This document shows, piece by piece, positions 28,730 through 37,147 of a DNA stretch of 64,000 nt. A program made the position numbers and the translations under genes. Each line of letters opens with the position of its first letter. The stretch's first letter is position 1. Below the pieces are notes generated by a model. It made no database searches. It was not told the origin of the DNA and saw nothing but the letters and a program-made list of their open reading frames with translations. Source of the DNA: Vicinamibacteria bacterium (GTDB taxonomy: Bacteria; Acidobacteriota; Vicinamibacteria; Marinacidobacterales; Marinacidobacteraceae); NCBI GenBank assembly GCA_964291235.2, contig OZ219816.1, positions 1,632,001 to 1,696,000 of the forward strand. The letters run 5' to 3'.

Positions 28730-29395
28730 ATGACCTTCAAGAGGCCGCTGCGGATTTGGGCGCTGATGAGCGCCTTCGGATGGGTGGCCGTCTCCTGCTC
28801 ACAGGCGGTATTGGTGCGGCCGGCGCCCTCCTACGAGGCATTCGCGTTCGAGGCGCCCCTGCCCGCCGCCGCCGCGGTCTTCGTGGATGCCGACCAGCTC
28901 TACCGGCAGGTCCGCATGGCGCCCGACCTGGACGACGGGGACTCTTTGTGCGACGAAGTCAGCTATCCGGTGGACGCCCGCGAAGCGCTGGCGGTGTCGG
29001 TCATCGGCACCCTGGAGCGGCTGGTGCAGGATGTGGCGCGGACCACGGTCCCGCTTGACCGGCAGGCGATGGAGGCGCGCGGTTTGGACGCCGTGATCGT
29101 CGTTCGCGCGGATACCTTCAATGTGGGTCTCACGAGCGGCGCGTTCCTGAGTTTCGAGGCCGGCGCCGACCTCACTCTGTCGGTATCGGCTTTCACGGGC
29201 GACGGCCTGGTGGTGCGGGAAGTGGTCTTCGGCAACGCCGTCCAGAACGAGAGCGGAATCTCCTGCAGCAACGGCGCCGAGGCACTCGGGGCGGCCGTCG
29301 AAATCGCGATCGAGAACACGATGACCGAGCTTGGCGAGTTGATCGCCAACTCCCCCGAGTTGCGCCTCTCCCTCGGCGATCCCGGCAGCCGGTAG
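28730..29395 (+). CDS. Hypothetical lipoprotein (paralog 1)
   Basis: Lipobox-like AVSC; aligns end to end with 29544-30191. Confidence 0.75.
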   Translation: MTFKRPLRIWALMSAFGWVAVSCSQAVLVRPAPSYEAFAFEAPLPAAAAVFVDADQLYRQVRMAPDLDDGDSLCDEVSYPVDAREALAVSVIGTLERLVQDVARTTVPLDRQAMEARGLDAVIVVRADTFNVGLTSGAFLSFEAGADLTLSVSAFTGDGLVVREVVFGNAVQNESGISCSNGAEALGAAVEIAIENTMTELGELIANSPELRLSLGDPGSR

Positions 29396-29543
29396 GCGAC
29401 TCGCGCCGCACCGACGCGGTGCGTCTGCCCGAGGCGCCGGCCGGCGCTCGGGCGGCCTCTTCAACCGGCCGGTGTTTGGGAGACAATCCGGGTCCGAGAA
29501 TCGGACCTGCCGAAACCCCTACCCGGCGATCCGCAGTCAGACC

Positions 29544-30191
29544 ATGTTTCCCAAATTCCGGCGAGTTGCGCTCGCAGCAGGTTCGCTGGCGCTCAGCGCC
29601 TCCTGCTCCCACTCGATCGTGGTGCGACCCGCACCTTCGTACGACGTCCTGGCCTTCGACGCACCTCTGCCGGCCGCGGCCGCCGTCTATGTGAACGCCG
29701 CCGGGCTCCGGAGGGTCATCCGGATCGCTCCCGACGAAGCCGGCGGCTACGGCTGGTGCGGCGACTCGCAATACCCCGTGGACGGGGAGGAAGCGCTCGG
29801 GGAATCCGTCATCACCACCCTCGCGCAGGTCATGCGCGAGGTGCGCCCCACGGCGACTCCGATCGACCGGGAGGCCATGGAGGCCGGTGGTTTCGACTCC
29901 GTGATCGTGGTTCGGGTGGACGAATTCGATGGGGCAGTCACCGGCGATCCCGTGGCTGACTTCGAAGCGACAGCCCAACTGACGCTCTCGGTGTCCGCGT
30001 TTACGCGCGACGGGTTGATCCTGCGGGAGATCGTTTACGGGAGCGGGGTGCGGAACGCGAGCGGGATCACCTGCAACGGCGGAGCGGAAGCGCTCGGACT
30101 CGCTGTCGAAGCGGCCATCGAGAGCGTGATGACCGAACTCGGAGAAATCATCGCGAATTCTCCCGAGCTGCGGGACTCGCTGGGCGCTTGA
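29544..30191 (+). CDS. Hypothetical lipoprotein (paralog 2)
   Basis: Lipobox-like SASC; shared VRPAPSY, YPVD, LTLSVSAFT-DGL and MTELGE-IANSPELR. Confidence 0.75.
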   Translation: MFPKFRRVALAAGSLALSASCSHSIVVRPAPSYDVLAFDAPLPAAAAVYVNAAGLRRVIRIAPDEAGGYGWCGDSQYPVDGEEALGESVITTLAQVMREVRPTATPIDREAMEAGGFDSVIVVRVDEFDGAVTGDPVADFEATAQLTLSVSAFTRDGLILREIVYGSGVRNASGITCNGGAEALGLAVEAAIESVMTELGEIIANSPELRDSLGA

Positions 30192-30213
30192 GAAGCGGGT
30201 ATACGCACGGAAC

Positions 30214-31941
30214 ATGAGTTCAACTCCGGCGGGCAAGCGAACCCTCCCGGCGGCGCTGCTCGGGCTCGTCGCGGCCTGCGCGGGGTCACCCGAAGGGGGG
30301 CCGGCGGATCTGCCGGCGGATCTTGTGGTCCGCGGAGGCGCGATCTACACCGCGAGCGCCGAGAGGCCGGTGGTCGAGGCGTTTGCGGTGCGCGACGGCC
30401 GGTTCGTCTTCGTGGGGGAGGCCCGGGAAGCGGAGCGCTGGCTCGGGGCGACCACGGAGGTGATCGCACTGGAGGGACGTGCGGCAATTCCGGGCCTGAT
30501 CGACGGCCACCTGCACCTGGAATCGGGCCTCTCGCTGATTCGCGGGGTGGATCTCACCGGAATTGCGGACCGCGGCGAATGGACCCGCCGCATCGCCGCC
30601 CGGGCGGCGGAACTCGGACCCGGGGCGTGGATCGTGGGGGGACGCTGGGACCACACCCTTTCCGGAGGAGAGTTTCCGACGACGGAGGACCTCGACCCGG
30701 TGAGTCCGGAGAACCCGGTAGCGCTCTCCGACATCGACGGACACACCACCTGGGTCAACAGCCTCGCGCTGGAGATTGCGGGCCTCGACGCGGCGACTCC
30801 CGATCCGCCCGGCGGACGGATCCTCCGCTATGCCTCGGGAGAGCCCACCGGGATCCTGCTGGAGACGGCGGGGGCCCTGGTGCGGAGCCACGTTCCCCCG
30901 CTCAGCGCCGACGAGGAGCGGGACGCCATGCGGGCGACGTTTGCGACCGCCGCCAGGCTTGGACTCACCGGAGTCCACACCATGGGCGGACTGGACCGGA
31001 TTCCGGAATACGTGGAATTCGCCGCTGCCGGCGAGCTGCCGCTCAGGGTCTGGTACGGCGCGCTGGGAGCCGCGGACCGCGTTCGGGACCTCGCCCGGGC
31101 GCGCGACGAGGCGGCAAACGCCCTGGCCCCGATCACCACCGAGCGGGGCCCGACCTTCGCGGTGGGCTACGCGAAGCTGATGGCGGACGGGGTGCTCTCC
31201 GCCCGCACCGCCGCTCTCCTCGCCCCCTATGCCGATGCTCCCGAAGACTCCGGCTTCATGGTGACCGAGTCCGAGGATCTCGCTGCCCAGGTTGCGGATA
31301 TCCACGCGGCGGGTTTTCCGGTGGCAATCCACGCGATCGGGGACCGCGCGGTCCGGCTCTCACTCGACGCGTTCGAGTCGGCTGCGCGACGGGCGACCCG
31401 CCCGGCACTCGCGGACCGCATCGAACACATCGAGGTGCTGGATCCCCGGGACGCTCCCCGGTTCGAGGAACTCGGGGTCCTCGCCTCCTTCAACCCGCAC
31501 CACTGCATCACCGGGATCGGCGTTTACAACACCGACCGCCTCGGCGAGGATCGGGCCGCCTGGTCTTTCGCCTGGGGAGCAGCGCGGGACGCGGGAGCCA
31601 CCCTCGTCTTCGGCAGCGACTGGGCCACCGCCCCCCTCGATCCCCTGCGTCAACTGTACGCGGCGACCGTGCGCGAAAAACCCGGCGGCGGCCCGCCGGG
31701 CGGCTGGCATCCGCACCAGCGAGTCTCCTGGCGCGAGGCGATTGCGGCGTACACGCTGACGCCGGCCGCCGCTTCCGGGTGGGACGATGAAATCGGCTCG
31801 ATCCAGGTCGGCAAGTGGGCTGATTTCGTGATCCTGAGCGGTCCCGTCCCGGATCCGCCGGACCACTCGATTCTCGATCTTCGGGTCCAGTCCACCTGGC
31901 TCGGAGGTTCCCGCACCTACCAGGCGGAAGCGGGCCGCTGA
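30214..31941 (+). CDS. Amidohydrolase 3 family (YtcJ-like), probable lipoprotein
   Basis: PGLIDGHLH, DGH--WVNS-AL, K-MADG-L-RTA-L, HAIGDRA, RIEH, FGSDW and GK-ADFV-L. Confidence 0.92.
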   Translation: MSSTPAGKRTLPAALLGLVAACAGSPEGGPADLPADLVVRGGAIYTASAERPVVEAFAVRDGRFVFVGEAREAERWLGATTEVIALEGRAAIPGLIDGHLHLESGLSLIRGVDLTGIADRGEWTRRIAARAAELGPGAWIVGGRWDHTLSGGEFPTTEDLDPVSPENPVALSDIDGHTTWVNSLALEIAGLDAATPDPPGGRILRYASGEPTGILLETAGALVRSHVPPLSADEERDAMRATFATAARLGLTGVHTMGGLDRIPEYVEFAAAGELPLRVWYGALGAADRVRDLARARDEAANALAPITTERGPTFAVGYAKLMADGVLSARTAALLAPYADAPEDSGFMVTESEDLAAQVADIHAAGFPVAIHAIGDRAVRLSLDAFESAARRATRPALADRIEHIEVLDPRDAPRFEELGVLASFNPHHCITGIGVYNTDRLGEDRAAWSFAWGAARDAGATLVFGSDWATAPLDPLRQLYAATVREKPGGGPPGGWHPHQRVSWREAIAAYTLTPAAASGWDDEIGSIQVGKWADFVILSGPVPDPPDHSILDLRVQSTWLGGSRTYQAEAGR

Positions 31942-32007
31942 GGAGTCCCGCCCCCGCCGCACGATCGGGCGGCGGACGGGAGCCTTTCACCCGATAGGCT
32001 TGCTTCG

Positions 32008-32874
32008 ATGAAAGGCGGCGTCCCCCAACCGATCGTCTCCGCCGCGTGGCTCCGCGAGCAGATCGCGGCGGGCAACCCCCGACTCGTCGTGGTGGATGTG
32101 CGCTGCGACCTGATGGACCCGGCCTGGGGACGGGCTCGCTACCTGGAGGGGCATCTTCCCGGGGCGGTGTTCGCTGACACCGACCAGCACCTTTCCGCCC
32201 CCAAGACCGGCGCCAATGGGCGTCACCCGCTGCCCACCGTCGAGCGGATGGCGGAAATCTTCGGACGCCTCGGCATCGGGTCGGACAGCGTCGTTGTCGC
32301 CTACGACCACGCGTCGGGCATGTTCGCCGCGCGACTCTGGTGGATGCTGCGATATCTCGGGCACATCCAGGCTGGAGTTCTGGATGGTGGAATTGGCGCT
32401 TGGGAGGAGGCCGGGGGCGCCCTCTACCCGGGCGAGGAGACCCGCCCGGGACGGCGCTTCGCGCCCGCGCCCGTACGGAACATGGCCGTCGGCGCGGCCG
32501 ACGTCGCGGCAGGTCTCGAGGACCGCTCCCATCTCCTGGTGGACGCCCGCGAGGCGATCCGCTGGCGGGGGGAGCAGGAGCCGATCGATCCGGTCGCCGG
32601 CCGCATACCGGGTGCGAGGAACCATCTCTGGAAGGAGAATCTCGGCCCGGATGGCCGTTTCCGCACGCCCGCGGATCTGCGAAGAAGCCTCGGCGGCCTG
32701 ACCGCGGACCGGGAGGGTCGTCCCATCGTTTGCTATTGCGGCTCCGGCCTGACCGCGGCGCACAACGCGCTTGCCCTGGAACTCGCCGGCATCGACAACG
32801 TGGCGGTGTACTCCGGTTCCTGGTCCGAGTGGTGCGCCGATCCCGACCGACCGGTAGAACGCGGAACGCCGTAG
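32008..32874 (+). CDS. Double-rhodanese sulfurtransferase (SseA/3-mercaptopyruvate sulfurtransferase-like)
   Basis: YLEGHLPGA, GRHPLP, AARLWW-L, GRIPGA, YCGSG-TA and YSGSWSEW. Confidence 0.93.
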   Translation: MKGGVPQPIVSAAWLREQIAAGNPRLVVVDVRCDLMDPAWGRARYLEGHLPGAVFADTDQHLSAPKTGANGRHPLPTVERMAEIFGRLGIGSDSVVVAYDHASGMFAARLWWMLRYLGHIQAGVLDGGIGAWEEAGGALYPGEETRPGRRFAPAPVRNMAVGAADVAAGLEDRSHLLVDAREAIRWRGEQEPIDPVAGRIPGARNHLWKENLGPDGRFRTPADLRRSLGGLTADREGRPIVCYCGSGLTAAHNALALELAGIDNVAVYSGSWSEWCADPDRPVERGTP

Positions 32875-32956
32875 CAGCCCGCGCGGATCCTTGGCCCCGC
32901 CCGGGCGACTCGACGGCTAGCAGCCGGTGGTGAGACCCCGGTGAGCACCGAGACCG

Positions 32957-33232
32957 CTAGTGAAGCGTGGGGACCTGAATTCGAGCTTCCGCTGTCTCGA
33001 TTGGGGTCGGACGCGGAATCCCGTCAGGCCACTCGGCGGGCTCCGGCCAGTTCTCCGAAAGAAAGCGAAACGCACGCTCTGCCCTGCGGGTCGTGATCGT
33101 CTTGCCGCGGCAAAGACGGGCCACCGTCTCGCCGCTCCCGGTGGCGTAGCGCGACACCGTGGAGACGCTGCGACCCGTGTATTCAGCGAAGAGCCCACAA
33201 AGCTTGACCAGTTGTCGTGCCGTGTCATCCAT
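32957..33232 (-). CDS. Small Cro-like HTH protein
   Basis: 91 aa; SVSTVSR-ATG-G----RL--G--IT-R and WP----WP--IPRP tail as in phage Cro-like proteins; divergent from a CI-like gene. Confidence 0.7.
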   Translation of the reverse strand: MDDTARQLVKLCGLFAEYTGRSVSTVSRYATGSGETVARLCRGKTITTRRAERAFRFLSENWPEPAEWPDGIPRPTPIETAEARIQVPTLH

Positions 33233-33405
33233 GGCACGAAATCATGCCACAAAGGGCACGTCCGCTTCAAGTCGATTCGGTTAGGATGTTACGTCTGACA
33301 TTCACCGCACCGCTTGCAGCGGTGTCCACCAGAAAGGGGGAGGCGGCAGCGGCCGCAGCCCGACAATCGACCGTAATTTGATGTAATGTGACGGATGTGA
33401 CACTT
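33232..33405. promoter_or_regulatory. Divergent cro/cI control region with operator-like sites
   Basis: Inverted repeat TGGCAcGA-aa-TCaTGCCA at 33232-33249; ATGTtacgtctgACAT near 33287; tandem ATGTGAC at 33386 and 33395. Confidence 0.55.
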
Positions 33406-34245
33406 AACGGAATAGAGAGATTAAGAAGCGCTTTTCGTGAGATGGTGGAGGCAGAGGGCCTTCGTCCCCTGGCCTCGCGGACGGGAATTCCCGTGGGTCA
33501 GATCCGGAGTCTGATCGACGGGCGGGCGGTCCGGGTGACGACCCTGGAACGGATGACCACGGTGCTCGGGGTACGGCTCACGATCGGACCAGGTACCGGC
33601 GGCGACCTGTCGCTGGCGCCCGCCCAGCACCACGACTTCCCTGCTGCCGATCCGGCGGCCGGGATTCCGCCGCCAGCCGCGAACGCGGGGCCGATGGAAG
33701 AGACGAAACCAATGGCGGACCAATTCCGCGACGGAGTCGGAGTCGTCAGGGACCTGGCGGAACGGGTCGCGGGGGCAGCGCACTCGCTGTTCCATCTGGT
33801 CTCGGGCTGGGATCCGGTGATGGACCGGGGGGCGCTCGCCCTGATTCCGTTCGCACCCGGCGGTCGGGCGGTCACGGGTGGAGCCGAGACGGTCGGCCGG
33901 GAGTCGAGCGTGACCGTCGGGATCTCCCGGGATGCCCTGCCCGGCTGGAGCGATCCGGGGCGCCTGGTGTGTCTCCGGACCACCGACGACTCCATGGATC
34001 CCAAGCTGTGCCGCGGAGATCTCGTCGCGGTTGACCCGGAGCGCTCGACCCCGGAAGACGGGCAGCTCTTCGCCCTGGCAACCGGAGGCGAAGTCACCGT
34101 CCGGCGTCTCAGATACCGGGATCGCTGGATCCTCGTCTCCGACAATCCGGCGTTTGAGGACCGGCCGCTCGTCGAAGACGACCAGATCCTCGGTCAGGTC
34201 GCCTGGCACGGCCCGCACGATCGGGACCTTCCCAGCGAGAACTGA
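33388..34245 (+). CDS. CI/LexA-like repressor (N-terminal HTH plus peptidase S24 domain)
   Basis: HTH GLRPLASRTGIPVGQIRSL; S24 motifs DDSMDP----GD-V-VD, VRRL, L-SDNP and I-GQV-W. Confidence 0.85.
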   Translation: MTDVTLNGIERLRSAFREMVEAEGLRPLASRTGIPVGQIRSLIDGRAVRVTTLERMTTVLGVRLTIGPGTGGDLSLAPAQHHDFPAADPAAGIPPPAANAGPMEETKPMADQFRDGVGVVRDLAERVAGAAHSLFHLVSGWDPVMDRGALALIPFAPGGRAVTGGAETVGRESSVTVGISRDALPGWSDPGRLVCLRTTDDSMDPKLCRGDLVAVDPERSTPEDGQLFALATGGEVTVRRLRYRDRWILVSDNPAFEDRPLVEDDQILGQVAWHGPHDRDLPSEN

Positions 34246-34263
34246 CTCTCCCGCGGGCGCCCG

Positions 34264-35164
34264 TCAGCCGCGTTCCCGGCCCCGGATCAGCCTCAGCATC
34301 AGGCGGTTCCACGGCGTTTGGACGTCGTGCTTCGCGCCCCGGGCAACGATGATCCCGTTCATCGCGTCCACCTCGGTGCGAACTCCGCGCTCGAGGTCCT
34401 GAAGCATGCTGGTCTTGTTGTCCGCGGTCCGGGCCACGATCCGCTCGATGGTTTTCCAAACCTTCGCTTCGGAAGTGGAGAACCCTTCCGCGAGCGCGAC
34501 CGCGACCGCCTCGCGAACCAGGTGCCGGAGCAGTTGTTCGCTTCCCGGATCGCGCAGAAGCTGCCCCGTGCGGAGGCCGAGAAGGGCGCTGACCGGATTC
34601 AGCGCTGCGTTCAGGATGGTCTTTTCCCAAAGCGGGGTTCGGATGTCGGGGACGCGCTGCACGGCGAAACCGGCCTTCGCCAGGCAGGCGGCGAGGGTGT
34701 CCGCGGCTTCTTCGCGCGACGCCTCGAAAAGGGCTCACGATCACTTCGCCAAGCCCGGCGTGGAACACCCGCCCCGATTCGAGAAGGGTCGCCCCGTTGT
34801 TGGAAACGGCGCCGATTACCGGGTAGTCCCCGGCCGCCAGCGCTTCCTCGTTGCCGAGGCCGTTTTGCAAGGAGACCCGGACCGGCCCGGTCCCGAGCGG
34901 GGCGAGGGCGAGCGCGGCGGCGGCGGTCGCGTGCGCCTTTACGGTAACCAGCACGAAATCGGGTCGAAAACCGGCCAGTTCGGCCGCGACGGGAGCGGCG
35001 GGCGGGGAGATGGCTCCCTCCGTGGCCCCCTCGACCCGGATGCCGTCCCGGAGGATCTGGGCCAGCCGTTGTCCCCGGGCGACCACTGCCACCGGGTGCC
35101 GGTCGGCAAGCCGCACCGCGAAGACGCTGCCGGTCGCTCCGGCGCCAAAAATCAAAAAACGCAA
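34264..35164 (-). CDS. panE: Ketopantoate reductase (one +1 frameshift at 34727-34730)
   Basis: IFGAGATG, VTVKA and SLQNGLG-EE in one frame; WEK---NAA-NP, N-TSMLQD----RTE-D--NG in the next; removing one base gives SPFEASREEAADTL. Confidence 0.85.
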
Positions 35165-35221
35165 CGGTTCGTGAGAGAGTAGCCGCCGCCGCACCCCGCG
35201 GTGCGAATTGAGGAGAAGCCG

Positions 35222-36868
35222 ATGCGAAGCGACGAAATCAAGCGCGGTCCGAGCCGCGCTCCAGCCCGCGCCATGTGGAAGGCCGTCGGGCTCACCGACG
35301 AGGCGATTTCCCGGCCGCTGATCGGCATCGCCAACACCTGGACCGAGATCACTCCGTGCAACTCCCATCTTCGGGAGCTGGCGGAACAGGTCAAGATCGG
35401 GGTCCGCGAGGCCGGAGGAACTCCGCTCGAGTTCAACACCATCGTGGTCACCGACGGGATCGCCATGGGGTCATCGGGAATGCGGGCCTCACTCGTTTCC
35501 CGCGAGGTAGTGGCGGACTCCATCGAGCTGGTGGCGCGAGGTCACCTGCTCGACGGCGTCGTGGCGATTTCCGGCTGTGACAAGACCATCCCCGGAACGG
35601 TCATGGCGCTCGCCCGGCTGAATCTGCCCTCGCTGATGCTCTACGGCGGCTCCATCGCAGCGGGCCGCTATCGCGGGCAGGACGTGACGATTCAGGACGT
35701 GTTCGAGGCGGTGGGCGCCCACGCCGCCGGCACGATGAGCGACGAGGACCTCAGAGAACTCGAGGGCGTCGCCTGCCCCGGCGCCGGCGCCTGCGGCGGC
35801 CAGTTCACCGCCAACACGATGTCGGTGGCCACCGCCTTCCTCGGGATTTCCCCCATGGTGGGCAACGAGATTCCGGCCACCGATCCAAGGAAGCCGGGGG
35901 CCGCCCGCCGAGCGGGCAAGCGGGTGATGGAGCTACTCCGTGAAGGACGAACCGCTCGCGAGTTTCTCTCCTCGGAAGCGCTTCAAAACGCCTACGCATC
36001 GGTCTCCGCGACCGCCGGGTCCACGAACGCGGTGCTCCATCTGCTCGCCATCGCGCACGAAGCGGGAAGCGAACTCACGCTCGCGGACCTGGACGCGATC
36101 GGGGCTCGAACGCCGGTCCTCACCGACCTGAAACCGGGCGGCCGCTTCACCGCACCCGACATGGAAACCGCCGGCGGCATGCGCCTGCTGGCGAGCCGGC
36201 TCCGTGAACTGGGTCTGCTCACCGACACCCCCACGGTCTCCGGCCGGTCGCTGTTCGAACTCGCCGGCGCCGCGACGGAACGTCCCGGACAGGAAGTCAT
36301 CCGCCCGGCGGACCGCCCGGTCAAGGCACGGGGAGGACTCGCCATCCTGACGGGAAGCCTGGCGCCCGAGGGCTCGGTCCTGAAGCTGGCCGGACACGCG
36401 AAGACCCGGCACGAAGGCCCCGCGCGCGTCTTCGATTCGGAGGAAGCCGCCTTCGCCGCGGTCCAGGAAGGACGCATCCAGCCCGGCGACGTGATCGTCA
36501 TCCGCTACGAAGGCCCTCGCGGAGGACCCGGAATGCGCGAGATGCTCGGCGTCACCGCGGCGGTGATCGGACGGGGACTCGGGGACAGCGTCGCACTCAT
36601 CACCGACGGCCGCTTCAGCGGCGCCACCCATGGGTTCATGATCGGTCACGTGGCCCCCGAAGCCGCGGCGGGAGGCCCCATGGGCCTGGTGCGCGACGGG
36701 GACCGGATCACCATCGACCTGGATTCCAGAACCCTCGACGTGGAGATGCCGGACGCCGCATCCCGGACGGCGACGCCCCCCGAATCCGCGTTCGCGGTCG
36801 GCGCGCTCGCCAAGTACGCCCGCACCGTCTCCTCGGCGAGCCGCGGCGCGGTCACGACCGCGGCCTGA
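35222..36868 (+). CDS. ilvD: Dihydroxy-acid dehydratase
   Basis: GAGGAG RBS; PCN-HL, DGI-MG, SL-SRE, GCDKT-PG, CPG-GACGG-FTANTM, GPGM-EML and TDGRFSG. Confidence 0.96.
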   Translation: MRSDEIKRGPSRAPARAMWKAVGLTDEAISRPLIGIANTWTEITPCNSHLRELAEQVKIGVREAGGTPLEFNTIVVTDGIAMGSSGMRASLVSREVVADSIELVARGHLLDGVVAISGCDKTIPGTVMALARLNLPSLMLYGGSIAAGRYRGQDVTIQDVFEAVGAHAAGTMSDEDLRELEGVACPGAGACGGQFTANTMSVATAFLGISPMVGNEIPATDPRKPGAARRAGKRVMELLREGRTAREFLSSEALQNAYASVSATAGSTNAVLHLLAIAHEAGSELTLADLDAIGARTPVLTDLKPGGRFTAPDMETAGGMRLLASRLRELGLLTDTPTVSGRSLFELAGAATERPGQEVIRPADRPVKARGGLAILTGSLAPEGSVLKLAGHAKTRHEGPARVFDSEEAAFAAVQEGRIQPGDVIVIRYEGPRGGPGMREMLGVTAAVIGRGLGDSVALITDGRFSGATHGFMIGHVAPEAAAGGPMGLVRDGDRITIDLDSRTLDVEMPDAASRTATPPESAFAVGALAKYARTVSSASRGAVTTAA

Positions 36869-36883
36869 GGGCGCGGCCGGCCA

Positions 36884-37101
36884 GGAGCGCCGGCCTCCGG
36901 CCGGCATCGCCGAGCGTAGCGAGGCGAAACTCCCAAGCCTGATCTGCCAGGATGGCGCCGCAGCCCAGCGGCGTGGCGCAGCGTCGCTCGTGCGGCCATA
37001 GAGCGCTACGCCGTCCCCGTTTGGGTCCGCGCCAACGGCGATGATCAAGTCTGGGAGTTTCGCGGCCTGCGGCCGCGATGCCGGCCGGAGGCCGGCGCTC
37101 C
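36884..37101. mobile_element. ~220-bp REP-bounded non-autonomous element (REPIN/MITE-like), copy A
   Basis: Terminal inverted REPs GGAGCGCCGGCCTCCGGCCGGCA; the reverse complement aligns throughout with 55930-56168. Confidence 0.75.
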
Positions 37102-37147
37102 TAGCCCATAGAATCGGCGGGTTCTTGCCCGTTTGGAGGTAGTGCGC

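Noticed and set aside
32957-34245. Intact prophage
   Set aside because: No structural, replication, lysis or integrase genes adjacent
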